Below are positions 36,240 to 49,392 of a DNA stretch of 64,000 bases, piece by piece. Location: the NCBI RefSeq assembly GCF_009834535.1, contig NC_045696.1:114454001-114518000 (forward strand), in the 5' to 3' direction. Positions within the stretch are counted from its first letter, which is position 1. Every line of letters begins with the position of its first letter. The notes beneath the pieces were generated by a model that was given only the letters and a program-made list of their open reading frames with translations, was not told where the DNA came from and did no database searches. A program made the translations under genes and the position numbers. Origin of the DNA: Camelus ferus. Its lineage: Eukaryota.

Positions 36240-38730
36240 TGTTACAGACCTGAGCCGACTAAGGCGACGTAACAGCTAAGGCAAATGTGGGATACTGGAT
36301 TGGACTTCGGTAATTAAAAAGTGGAATCTGATGTAAAAGCTGGTAAAATGTGATTTAAGCCTGGAGTTTAGTTAATAATGTACCAGAGCTGGTTTCTTAG
36401 TTTTGTCAAATATGCCACGGTAAATGTAAGAGGGTAACGTCAAGAGACACTGAAGCTATGCACTATCTTTGCAATTTTTCTGTAACTCAAAAATTGTTTT
36501 TAAAAAAAGCTTATTTAAAAATGTAAAAATAAAAAGAGTCTATAGAAAACGATGAGAAAGCAAAATTATAAAAATACAAGATGGAAAAGAACAACCATGG
36601 ATAAAGCAATAGAAAAAACCTTTCTGACTACAAGAAGAGTCTTGGCAGCAATTTTGAAATTTTGAAAAACTAGACAAATATGATACTTTCTCAGAAAATT
36701 ATAAATTACCAAATTATTCCAAGAGAAAATAGACAACTGAATAATTGATTAAAAGTGGTGGAAGTTATGACATTTAGCCTTGAAAAAAGCACCCATTTTG
36801 ATAGATTTCAAAACTAAGTTGTATCTAATCTTTAAAAATAGATTATCCCAATTTTATTTATGGTAATCCTCTAGTATAAGATAGAAATTACCCCATTTTA
36901 TTCATAAAAGTGGCATCATATTAATGATGAAATTGATAAAGAAACTATAGTCTAAAGAAGGAAACATGTCATACAAGCATAAAGGCAAAGCTTCTGCATA
37001 AAATCAGTGTGCAGAATCCAGTAATTGATCAACATTTAAACTGTCATAGCAAGGTAATATTAATATATAGAAAAATAATGGTTTCTAACTTTAGGAAAAT
37101 TATCATCATAATCCTATTAGAGGTATAATAACATCAAAAGCTGCTAAAAAATACTTAATATCCAGCAGCCTTTCCTATTAAAACAAAGTAAAGGAGTATT
37201 AGAAGGAAACCAAATGTAATGAAAATCTGTTTACCAAAAAACAAAGGCAAATGTAATCCTAACTGCTGAATCAATTAAATGGAAATTAAAATAATTAAAG
37301 TCAGGATTAGATAGGAAAAAAACTTTCATTATTTTTATTCAATATTAATTTAGAGGTCCAAGAAAATGAAGCAACACAAGAAATGAAGGGAAACTAAAAC
37401 AAAAACTGAAAAAAAAAGATAATTTGGATTTTTTGGGCCAACATTTGATTGATGTAACACCATCTTATTTGCTATGATTTGACTGCAAGTTTAGAAAACA
37501 GAGTAAAAAACTACTAAAACAAGTAAGTGAATTTGGTAAGGTGGCAATAAACACATTTTCTCTATTCTAGCCATCAGTGTTTAGAAATAGACTCAGAGTA
37601 TTCTCTTTATAAGAACAATAAAATCATACCATATGGGGAATTAACAGGAAAGACAGAAGACTTACATGAAGAAAATTATAAAATTTAATGTAAGGATAAA
37701 ATCAAGAGCTAAATGGTAAAATATTATAGTTTCTTGGATGATAAAAAAACAGTATAATATAAAATTTTTAATTCCTTCAAAATTAATACATAAATTCAAT
37801 GCATGCAGTTAGAATTACAAGGTTATTTTGGGGAAATGCCCAAGCATAGCAATATACACATTTTCACATATACAGTATGTGTATAAAAAATATATATACA
37901 AAATGTATGCACACACAGCTAAACACACATACACATATAAATACATATACACATGAATATACACACATGAATATATACATTAATATGTACACACATGTAA
38001 TATCAATTACACTATGGATACATGTGTGCATATCTATATATATACATGAAAAGATACATGGAAAAGGTGAGTATCTTGCCTTCCAAGATATTAAAACACA
38101 CTACAAAGTCACATTGCAATGATACTGGCATAGGAGTGAATGGAACAAAATACACATTCCAGAAATAGATTTGAATTATATAGGTGAATATATGACAAAG
38201 GCAATATTGTAACTTAGTGGGAAAGGATAAATTATTTGATAAAATGTGCTGACTCAGTGATCTATGCATATGGAAGAAAAAATATTAGACTCCCATCTTA
38301 CATTATGTGCAAAAATAAATTCCAGGTGCAGTAAAGATCTTTTTTTTCCCTGAGCAATTTAAGAGAAAGTCAATGTCTTTTTACCCATCAACACTTCAGT
38401 ATGTATTTCCTAAAAACATTTGCAATACAATCAAAATCACAATCGAAATCAGGAAATTACTTTTGATAGCATATTGTTATCTTATCTATGGTATCAGAAA
38501 ATCACTGATTGTTCCACTGATGTCTTATTAAGCAACAGAGGAATAGAATTTCCTTTTCTGGTTCAAGGTTCACTTCAGGATACCATGTTGCTTTTGATTG
38601 TCATGTCTTTTTAGTTTTTTTTTCATCCAGAAGAATTCCTCAGTCTTTCCTTGATTTTTATCAGGCTGACATTTTTGAGGAGGAGAGACCAGTTATTCTG
38701 TCAGCTGTCCGTCGGTTTGGTTTGCTTGCT
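36240..38730. mobile_element. Mosaic of ancient L1M fragments
   Basis: A-rich degenerate ORF2-like sequence (ccaagatattaaaacacactacaaag..atactggcatagga); L1MC-like 3' ends at ~36240-36530 (+) and ~38340-38730 (-). Confidence 0.7.
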
Positions 38731-39814
38731 GTAACTGAAGGCATTCTCAACCATGCTTTTGATTGACCTATTATTCTCTGAAGTTCCTTCCAAGCAGTGA
38801 CCTACACACTGATTTGAGGCCTCTCAATGGCAAAATTAGATGGACCCCTGGGTCAGGGGCTTTCCTTTCAAGACCATCTGTGGACAAAAATCAGAACACC
38901 TCCTGCCATCAGCCACAGCCTATAGAAGAAAACCTATCATTTCCATATTACCTGTAAATCTTAGATTCCCTGCTCCCTTCTTAGATTTACAATGTTTATT
39001 ATTTATAAACAACCAGAAAAACTTTTGCCTACTTGTTGGACATAAAGGTAATTATACCTGAGGTACCATCCTTGTCAAAACCTTGGTCAATTATGTAATC
39101 AAATTTCATACTCAGCTAAATCAGGCCCTAGTGACAAGTCTACCCAGAAAGGAAAAGTAGCTTCATAATTCTTCTCAATTCTGCTGTTTTTTCTTGAACT
39201 GGCAAGTAGTGGTTGTCTTTGTTGTAAATACTATTTTTTTTTTTTTTTTGCCAACTGGCAATATCATTTTGTTTTGCATTAACTCTTTTGGCTGCTTGCC
39301 TTCTTCTAACATCTCAAAGACTTAAGGAACCAGATCCTCAACTGGTTGAAACCGGCCGTTCCTTTAATAGTTGTAATTTAATTTCACGCCTGTTTCTTTG
39401 CACAAACGCCAACATTGTAACATTTATCAAAAAGCATATAAACTGGCTGCCTGGTTTCCATAGACTTGCTAGGTGAAAAAAGCACCCCCCTAGGAAACCA
39501 AAGCTCTAGGTTTTCCCCAACTTTTAATTAGTGTGGTTAGAAATCAAGGTTTGTGATACTTCCTAGATAAGACCTTGTTTCTACTACTTTACTATCCATC
39601 TGACTTTGGGCAATTTAATTAATATCACTGTGTCTAAACTTTCTCATGTATCAAACAGCAATCATTATGTTACATATTTCACAGGTGCTCACATTAATGC
39701 GAGGAAGAAATTAAATAATGATACGTGCTGCATAGCATATATATACCAACAGTTAGTAAATGTTGACGATTGTTATAACAAGTTATTATGTCATGTTGGG
39801 GAATCATATAAATG

Positions 39815-41130
39815 AATGTTCCAGGTATCAACTTGTGTATAACAAACTGTGCAAAACCTACTAGTTCAAAACCTACAAAAGCCACTTTATTTATGCTCAC
39901 AATTTATAAGTCAAGAATTGAGTGGATCTTGGCAAGGTGTAGGACCCTTGGTGTCACTCAGTCATTTGCAGCTCATAGCTGGGATGGTTTTGGATAGTCC
40001 AAGAAGGCTTCACTTATTTGGGGGTCCCACCTTGTCTGGTAGCTTGGGAGGGTCAGCTAAAAGATGGGTCTCAGCTTGGTCTCTCTCCTACATTAGTTCC
40101 AAGCCTTCTCAATGTGGTCTCTCCAGCAGAAGAGGCAGACTCCTTACATAGTAGCTTGGGACTCAAGAGTGAGTGTTCTAAGAATCCAAAGAAGAGCTAC
40201 AAAGCTTCTTATAACATAGTTCAGAAGTCACAAAGCACCCTGCGTGCTGCATTGTTTGTTTGTTTTGTTTCAGAGGACTAGCTCAGATTCAATGTGGAAA
40301 AGTACTCCATGAATGCATGAACACTGGAAGGCATGGTTCATTGGGGGGCCATCTAGAAGACAAGCTACCACAATGAATAATAGTGTTTCTTCCAGGAGTA
40401 TGCATTCATATCTGTGTGCAGACTAATGATTATGCATTAGTTGGGCATGTTTTGTTTTATTGCAAAAATGTTTGAAGAAAGGACCACAGATGTTTTATTG
40501 CAAAAATGTGTGAAGAAAGGACCACAGACTCAGCACATGGAGTGGCTTGAAATTTTCTGAGATTGTGTTTCTGGAAATGAGATTGGCTTGAGAGATCCCA
40601 GGAATGCACAGCAAGGAGCAGAGACCCTTTTAGACTCAGTATTTCCTACTGTTTCATTTCTTTTAATTGAAATTATTTGAAGATTTGGGAATATATTAAC
40701 TGGTCATTGCTCCAACTACACTATGTTAAAAGCCACCTCTAAATCTCAGTGGTTTATAATAATAAACATTTATTTCCTACTTTCCTGCCTCTAAGTCAGC
40801 TGTGACTCTGCTGGCTTTAGCTGGGATCATTTGGGGTCAGCTGGATTAGGATTTGGGCTTTGGGTGGGTCCAGGTGTGTTCCACGTGTCTCCTCGTTCTG
40901 GAACTATGACAGGGTCCTGAACCTCTGATGAAATTCAGGAGGTCTAGAAGCTAAAGCAAAACACACAAGCACAAGTAAGACCTCTGTTCGTGCCATGTTT
41001 ACTTATGTTCCACTAGCCAAATCAAACCACATGTGTAAGCCCCGAGTCAGTAGAACTGGGAAGCCTGTGCTACTGCAGGGGGGCCATGGGGGAAAGGGAT
41101 AATTGTGAACAACTAATATTCCTTACTGTG
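39815..41130 (-). mobile_element. Two ancient MaLR (MLT1) LTR remnants (~39815-40372 and ~40700-41130)
   Basis: tatgctcacaattt..gtcaagaatt, tagtccaagaaggcttcact; aaatctcagtggtttataataataaacatttattt. Confidence 0.65.
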
Positions 41131-42100
41131 GAGGGTCTCGGCATAGTGGAATAAGAAGTCAGTTCCCTAGACATTCACATCATGCTGAAAAGATCTGTAA
41201 GTTTCCATTTGTAAAACTCTATCTCCCACTCAGTAGAATAATAGAATATCACCTTCTGATAAAGTTTTAGGGGAACTCGGAGTTCACTCCAAAGCATTAG
41301 ATTTTAATTTTGTAATATACAGAAATTACTACCATATTTTTGGACCTTCTGTTATTTATATTCATACTGCGTTTATGAAACACCAACACTATATTTTGCT
41401 ATTGACAATGCATAAGAAATTGGTCGCTGCCCTGAGGAATTTATTTCAGTGCAATTCAAGCTGTTTAAATCAGTGCCAGGCTCTCAACTTTGTACAGACA
41501 GCTGTGGAGAGGAGATAAGCTTTTGAAGATGCAGCAGAAATGGTGTTTAAAGAGGGAATGAAAGCGGGAGAGATGATAGGCCAACCAAGAAAGGGAGAGT
41601 TTATCCCAACTTGCAAAACGCAAGGTGGGAGAGGAAAAAACCAACAGTTCAGTTGATGGAACAGACAAAGGTGAGACTCCAGCTCAACTTTATCCTCTGC
41701 GTTTTCAGAAATCCCAAGGAATTCAGATATCCCCTGGATTTATTCTTCGACAGACACACTGCATGAAGTTGTGACTTCAGGTTTATCACGTCTCCGTCTC
41801 ATATTTCTTTTGTGCTGATAACACGGAGTAGTTCCCCTTGAAGATGCTGAGTTTCTCTCAGTCCCCATGGGCAGGTTGTTAATAGAAAGACTGATACACT
41901 TCAGTGGTTTTATAACTCAAAGTAGCACTTGACCATAAGCTGAAACAGTAACTTTCAATATGTTATAATTTGAGGGTTCCCGTAGGCATCTATGCTTTCA
42001 AAATAATTTCTAGAGCTAAGCTTACCATGTGCCTGATAATCCTAAATTACTTCATGAAAAATTCTCTGCATTATATGAGCTGAAGAGAAGTAAAACTATG

Positions 42101-42105
<5 letters not shown>

Positions 42106-42171
<66 letters not shown>
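42106..42171. repeat. Compound (AT)n(GT)n microsatellite
   Basis: Directly visible. Confidence 0.98.
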
Positions 42172-42174
<3 letters not shown>

Positions 42175-42415
42175 ATTGGATGAACATATGGCGAGGGAGA
42201 TTTGATAGGAAGACCCAGGCGAGTAGAAGAGTCCCTTGCCCCCATGAGGTGTCTACTCACTCTGCACTGTCCTCGCCAGCCTCTGCAGTGGGCATTTGTG
42301 TTCCATTGCCCAGAATCCATGGGCTCTTTCCAATAAGCTCCCATCACTGTCCCACATTGTGGGCAATACTTGGTGAGTCTGCAAACTGAGATGCCCTGTC
42401 CTACTACTCCTCTTC

Positions 42416-42780
42416 TGTGATGGTTTTTTGATGTGTCAACTTGGCCGCAGTCCCCGGTTACTAATCGAATACTAATCTAGATTGTTGCTGGGAATATATT
42501 TCAGAGATGTTATTGAAGTACAAAGCCAGTAGAATCTTAGTAAGAAGTGTCTTCAGTAATCTGAGTGGGGCCTGCGTCAACCAGTGGCAAGAGCTTACAA
42601 GAGGAGCTGAGGCTTCCCTCAGGAAGGAAATAATTCCTAGGGTGAGCTGCAGCTTCAGACGGTGCCCGAGAGTTCCAGCCTGCCCTGCCTGATGGCCGCC
42701 ACAATCATGTAAGCCAATTCTTTGCAATCAATCTCTTTATATATGTCCTATTGGCTCTGCTTCTCTAGCTGAACCCTGGT
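42416..42780 (+). mobile_element. ERVL LTR (MLT2-like)
   Basis: tgtgatggtt..atgtgtcaacttggc..actaatctag; cacaatcatgtaagccaattc..cctattggctctgcttctct. Confidence 0.85.
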
Positions 42781-43654
42781 GGGTAGACCTTTCCATCACA
42801 CTTTCTCACAAATGAAGCCGGAGGGATGCACCAGCAGCCCTTTGTTTCCTCTCACCAGGTCCTCTCACTCCCGCGGTAGCACCAAGGGTGAGCATGACGC
42901 TGAGTTTGGCCGGTTGGCAACCTTCCGGCTCTTTCCCTTGATGCATAAAAATGAAACAAACAAAACCCCTAGCATTCTGAATTTTTTTTTCTTTCCAGTG
43001 CAAGTGTCCTGACAAGACCCTCTAAAGGTTCCTTCTCACCTTGTTTTTGCTCTACTTCCAATCCCGCTTCCTACCTGTTGCATTCTCTCAGAAATTTTCC
43101 TTTTGCTTGGCCACAGCAAAACATGACTGGCAAGCCCACTCCTATCACTGGCAACAGGAGCAAAGAACCTCAACTGGTACAGCCCCTGAGCATTCCGACT
43201 GACAAAACTTGGACTTCTTTCAAACCTGAGCTCCCAGAATAAAGGCAAACAAACAGATAAACCCCTGAAGTATCCCATAATCAGACTGAATCTACTTTTT
43301 CTTTTGCTTTGAGACAGGGGGTAGGGACTCTACTAAAACGTCAGTGTTTTCTGGCAGGAGTAATACATCAAACTAGTATCATCACTTGCGTTTTAGCATA
43401 ACTTAGCCTTTCCATTGAGCCAGGATGTGTGGAAACCAAAATGAACGGGGAAGATGACACGGGAACTGTGATGTGAGGGCGAACAAGAAAGCGGTTGGAA
43501 CGTGAGGCAATCCACGAAGTGTGTCAAAAGACAGAACCTAACGGAGGATGGGGGTGTGGGAGTAGGTAAGATACGGGGTGAAAAAATAAGGAGGACTTGC
43601 GGGAAGGGATCTGGGCTTGCTGCTCAGATGTAGTGACCAGCCATGCTCACTCTA

Positions 43655-44130
43655 CGTGGTAGGAAGGAGAATGGAGCCCAAAGATGCCCATATCTTAATC
43701 TCAGGGGCCTGTGAATGTGTTACCTTACAAGGCAAGGAGAAATTAGGTTGAGGATGGAATCAAGCTTGCTAATGAGCTGACCCTAAGATAGGGAGGTGGC
43801 CTAAAGTAATCAAATGGTCCTTAAAAGTGGAAGAGGGAGGAAGGGGGACCAGTGTCAGGGGGACGCTATGTGAGGAAGTCTTAAGCAGCCATGAATGTGA
43901 AAGTGGGCCGTAAGCCAAGGGAGGCAATGCAGTCTCTAGAAGCTGACAAGGCGAGGAAACAGATTCTCCTCTAATTCTCCCAAAGGACTGCAGCCTGTCA
44001 ACACCTTCACTGAATCCAGTGTGATCTGCAGCAGAGTTCTGACCTGCAGAACTATAAGGTAATAAATTGGTGTTGTGTTAAGCCAATAAGTTTGTGGATA
44101 ATTTGTCATAGTAGTGATAGAGAACTATTG
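43655..44130 (+). mobile_element. MaLR LTR (MLT1D-like)
   Basis: gtggtagg..gaatgg..ccaaagatg; tctagaagctg..ggaaacagattctcc; ttaagccaataagtttgtgg. Confidence 0.85.
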
Positions 44131-44699
44131 AACTCTGCAACCCATGAAGATAGTAGGAACAACAAAGAAGTTGAGCTGTAAGACCTGGAGGTGGTTTGTA
44201 CACTAGGAAGGTCAGATCATTTCCCTGCTTTATCATTTCCTGGCAAGGTACTCAGTCTCTCTAAACTTTGATATTATCTCCAAAATGGGCAGACGGTACC
44301 TGCTTGCAGATGTGTTTTTTATAAATTAGAGATAATACAGGGCTTGGTTCTTAACATCTGGACTTTCTTCCTAGCTCTGACCAAGGCTGGGATTCAGGGC
44401 TGGCACCTGGTACCACCTAGGAGCAAAGAGTTTATTTCGGTGGGCTGGGAAACGCAGAACAAAGGGGGAACTGATGTGTGTAGGTTGCCAGGTCAATATG
44501 AGCTCAGGAAGAGAAGAGGTGACATGCAACCCAAAGTGACAGGGCAGCGAGGCAGTGACAGTCCAGCAATCTGGCTTGGCAGGATTGAGGGAACAGGTTC
44601 AGGAGTGAAGGTGCTGGACAGGGACCCAGGGTCAAGGATGGCAGGAGGGCTGGAATAACCACAGAGGGGTATCTACTAAGCAGTTTAGACACCGAATAG

Positions 44700-45640
44700 C
44701 GTGTGATAAATATAGATCAGTCATTTTTAAATCAAATTTTGAAGACTTTAGCTATGATTTCTTTGGATGCATTTTCCTCTTTCCCTTCTTTGTCCTCTCC
44801 TGTTATGCGAATGTTGACTTGTGTGTATGGTGTCCTGTACTCCTCTGAGACTCTTGATTTTTTCTCCATACTATTTTCTCTCAGTTCCTCAGATCACATC
44901 ATCTCTACTGATCTGTCTTCAAGTTTGCTAATTCTTTCCTCTGCCAACTGATGTGTACTGCTGACTCCCTCCAGTGAATTGTTAATTTCGGTTTTGTGTT
45001 TTTCTATCTGGTTCTTTTTCACGATTTTTATCCTTGTATTGACCTTTATTTGAAGCGGTGTGGTCACGATACCTTTATTTCTTCAAGCATCGTTTCATTT
45101 TGTACTCTTAGCATCATTTTAATGCTGCTTTCAGGCTGGCCCTGGCTGCCGAGTTCACCTTCCAGGCCTCGTCAAAGGCAGATCTTGCTACCTGGCTTTT
45201 TTTTTTTTCCCTGTGTATGAGTCACACTTTTTTTTTCTTTATATGTCTTATAATTTTTGGTTGAAAACTGGACATTTCAGATATGATATTGTAGCAGCTC
45301 TGGATACTGATTCCCTGCAGGAATTGTTGTTTTATTTACCTGGCTGTTTGTCTGGTGACTTGGCCTTGGTTGTACCTGCCTGGCGGAGAGGTCTGTACAC
45401 AGAGCTGGATAAGGAGTGTGTGTAAGGGTGAGTCATGACTTAAATGCCAGAGACTCATTATTCTTACTAAGATTTAGTGGGTTTTCATGAATGAATGTTT
45501 CTCCATTTAATGTATTCTCTCAGGACACTTTCTAGAGACTTTAAATGATTAAAAAAATTTTTTTCCCCTCAGTTAAATTTTTATTTTGCTGGGGAGAATT
45601 TTTGCTGAGCTCCTCATTCTGCCATTCTAGACGTCCTGCC
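44700..45640 (-). mobile_element. Ancient L1M 5'/ORF1-region fragment
   Basis: tctactgatctgtcttcaagtttgctaattctttcctctgcc..ccagtgaatt; tttttggttgaaaactggacattt. Confidence 0.65.
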
Positions 45641-46409
45641 TCTCTTTTTTTTATTGTGTACTTAATTTGAAGATACCCTATCGCCCTTTAAATAGGTGGA
45701 GGCAAATTATTTCTGTGTCACCATTTTGACATTGACTTTAATAAATGAGAGTCTTTGAAATGTGCCCAACTTGGGGTTGGGATCATTGATACAAGCTTGG
45801 TTTTTCTCCCAGTGAGAGTCTCTAGTCTCAGAAGTAACAGTCTGAAAGCTGAGCTTACATCAGAAGCACAGGTTTCGATATAGTGATTAATTGTGGCACC
45901 CCGTTAGAGATCTTTGGAAAAGTCTGTCTCTAGAGTTAGGGACTTGTGGAGCTGGCCCTCCCAGAGGTATCTGTAGGCACTTAGGAGAATTGCTTCTCAT
46001 GTAGCAAGAAAAAAAAAAAGATGATAAATGAGCTAACAAATTGAACCTTCAGGTTTAAAATAAAAGGCATTAAATGCTGACTACAAAAACATAGGTAAAG
46101 ATCAGAGTCCAATTGTGGTTAATAGTGTATGTTAGTCAGTATGTTGGAAAAACAAAGAAGTTTTTGAAACTGTTTTGGAGCAGAGGAAGGGAGATCACTG
46201 GAGCAATTCGAGAGAATCCCTTGGGTGTCTCACTGTTCTCACTGTGTGGGAGAAGGCAGCGCCATTTCATTCTCTCCTCCAGACAGCCACCAGCAGACTT
46301 TCAGGTTTGTGAACTATTATTTTCATCTTTATAGGAACAGTGACTGTGTTGTGATAGTTATGCAGAAGGCCTCCATTCATGTTAATTGAACAAGTAAATA
46401 TGAGATACA

Positions 46410-47525
46410 GGGGTTGAGATCCAAATATATATAAGGGACTCAAACAGCTCATAGCAAAAAACAAGTAATCTGATTTAAAAGTTGGCAAATGACCTGAATA
46501 CACATTTTTTTTAAAGAAGACGTATAAATGGACAAGTACATTAAAAAGGTGCTCAGCATCATTAATCATCAGGGAGATGCCAATCAAAACGATAAGGAGC
46601 TATCACCTCACACCTGTTAAGGTGGCTGTTATCAAAATGACAAGAGGTAATGTGCATTGGGAAGGATGTGGAGAACGGGAAACCCTATGCACTGTTGATG
46701 GGAATGGAAATTGGTGCCACCACTATGGAAACAGTATGGAGATTCCTCAAAAAATCAAAAATAGAACTATTATATGATCCAGCAATCTTCTTTCAGGGTA
46801 TATGTTCCAAGGAAATAAAATAACTATCTTGAGAAGATATCTGTATTCCTCCATGACTGTTGCAGCATTACTCACAATAGCCATGCATGGAAACAATTTA
46901 ATTATCTATCAACAGATGAGTGGATAAAGAAAATGTGGGGGTGTGTGTGTGTGTGCCTATATATATATATATATATAGGCACACATGTATACACATGCAC
47001 AATGGAATATTATTCAGACATGAAAAAAGAAATTTCTGTTATTTGTGACAACATGAATGCAACTTAAGGACATGGTGCTAAGTCAAAAAAGTCAAACAGG
47101 CAAAGACAAATACTGTATAATCTCACTTATACGTGAAATCTAAAAAATGTGAAAATCATTGAAACACAATAGATTAGTGATCACTAGGGGCTGGGGCATT
47201 GGGGAAGTGGGGAAATGTTGGTCAAAGGGTAAAGACTTTCAGTTATTAAGATGAATTAACTTCTAGGGATTTAGTGTACAGCATAGTGACTATAGCTAAC
47301 AATAGTGTAATGCATACTTGAAAATTGCTAAAAAAAAAGTAGATTCTAAATGTTTTCACCACACACACATACACACACACTAAATGGCAACTATGTGAGG
47401 TGACAGATGTGCCGACTAACTTTATTGTGGTAAGCATTTCACAATGTATACATATGTCAAATCATCATGTTATATACCTTAAATGACAAATAACATTGTA
47501 TAAATTTGTACCTCCCATAAAGCTG
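46410..47525 (+). mobile_element. LINE-1 (L1MA-like) 3' end
   Basis: YHLTPVKVAVIK; 3'UTR ggtcaaagggta..ctttcagttat..tacagcatagtgactatag. Confidence 0.9.
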
Positions 47526-47711
47526 GGGGGAGGGGGAAAGACCTATTCATTGCTGGATCAGTCAGTGTCCAGTGATGGAGACAGAAACCATACCAGTTAA
47601 TTTAACAGAGAAAACTTAACACAAATAATTGGTTAAAGTCATGGTACCGAGTTCTCAGGTGCAGGTCCGTGCAGGATTCCATTCTTTGTCTCCTTGATCA
47701 TTGATCTCCAT

Positions 47712-48105
47712 TGTAGTGGGTTGAATAGTGTCCCCAAGAGAGTAAGTCCATGCCCTAATCCCCAGAACTTGTGAATGTGATCTTAGTTGGAAAAGGGGTC
47801 CTTGCAGATGTAATGAGGAATCTCGAAATAAGACCACGCTGGGTTGTCCAATGACAAGTGTCCCAGAGGAGAGGGCCATCTGAAGAAGGAGGCAGGGACT
47901 GGAATTGTCCAGCCACTCACCAAGGAACCCCTGATGCTACCAGAAGCTGGAAAAGATAAGGATTTGGAGAGAGGATTTAGAGAGAACATGTTTCTGCTGA
48001 CAACTTGACTTCAGACTTCTGACATCCATGCGAGAGAATAAATTTCTGTTGGTATAAGCCATTAGTTTGTGGCAATTTCTCATGGCAGCCTTTGGAAGCA
48101 AATAT
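47712..48105 (+). mobile_element. MaLR LTR (MLT1B/C-like)
   Basis: tgtagtgggttgaatagtgtcccc..ttggaaaaggggtccttgcagatgtaat..gagagaataaatttctgtt. Confidence 0.85.
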
Positions 48106-48964
48106 TTACTTACATTTCATACTCCCATTGTTGGTCCTCAATCATCATTGATCCAAGCCCAAGCTTCCCTCTTAAAAGTAAGAGTGAAAACAGGAAGAGA
48201 AATGAAGTCATTGGTTGGGTTGAGAAAGATCAGAGATTAGACATGGAAGTGTATTTTTCCTTATCCTGATCTCAAATTAACTTTATGAAAACTTATAGGA
48301 GAAAATTGTTGCTGGCAACCAGCTTAAAGAAAAAGGACTCCAGATTTTATCCCCTAGTACATCAATTATCGTAGTTCTGTATCTTAAGAACCAGAAATGC
48401 AGAAGACATTTTGAGATTTGACTTCTTGCTATTTGATGTCTAAAGAAACAGCATGACTCTTGTCTGCTTCCTGTTGAGCTTCTAAAGTGTATAAATTGTG
48501 CAGATAACGGGGCATCATGGTTGAACAGACTTGGTGAAGCCAGCATGTGTATATAAATACATATACATATGTATTTATAATCACGTGTATTAGCATATAT
48601 CTATATTTTCTGGTTGTCTAGGGTCCAAAGGCTCTATGAGAAAGAACTTGAAATGTACCTTCCTTCGCAGTTCAGACAAGTAAAGATTTTCTTAACAGAC
48701 ATTTGAAGAGAGGTAGAAATCACACTCCAGGGAAGGACAGCTCCTAAGCAAAACAGCCAGTGGTTAGAAGGAGCTGCAGCATGCTGCCTTATACCCAGCA
48801 TCGGGGTCTACAGGTCAAGGGGGAGCAGTGCTTCCAAGCAGACCTGGCATTGTGGTCCACGTGCCTACGTGCTCTCTGACGAAGGCGGATGTGTGTACAA
48901 TGACAAAAATGTATCATGACACATCTAAGCTCCTCTGGGAAACCCTCTCACACCATTAGAGGTT

Positions 48965-49392
48965 TATAGGGGTTTGGATGGTGGCCCCCAAAAAGATATG
49001 TCCTGGAACCTATGAATTTGATGTTTTGGGGCAAAGGGGTCTTTGCAGATGCAATTAAGTTGAGGAACAGGAGATGAGGTCATTCTGGATTACCCAGATG
49101 GGCCCTGTACCTAATAACTAATGTTTTTATGAGTATCACACTTGGGAGAGACACCTGGAGAAGATAAAAGTGATGTTTGGAGTGATGCTGTGACAAGCAA
49201 GGAACAGCCGGAGCCACCAGAAGTGAAGTGGAAGGCAGGATTCTTCTGGAACGCCTTTGGAGGGAGCCTGGCCCTGCTAATTCCTTGATTCTGGACTTCT
49301 GGCCTCTAGAACTGTAAGGAAAAATTTTCCCCCTGTTGTAAGTCGCCCAGTTTGCAGTAACTTGTCACTGCAGTCCTAGAAAACAAATACAA
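48965..49392 (+). mobile_element. MaLR LTR (MLT1C-like)
   Basis: ggtggcccccaaaaagatatgtcc..ggtctttgcagatgcaattaagtt..ggacttctggcctctagaactgt. Confidence 0.85.
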
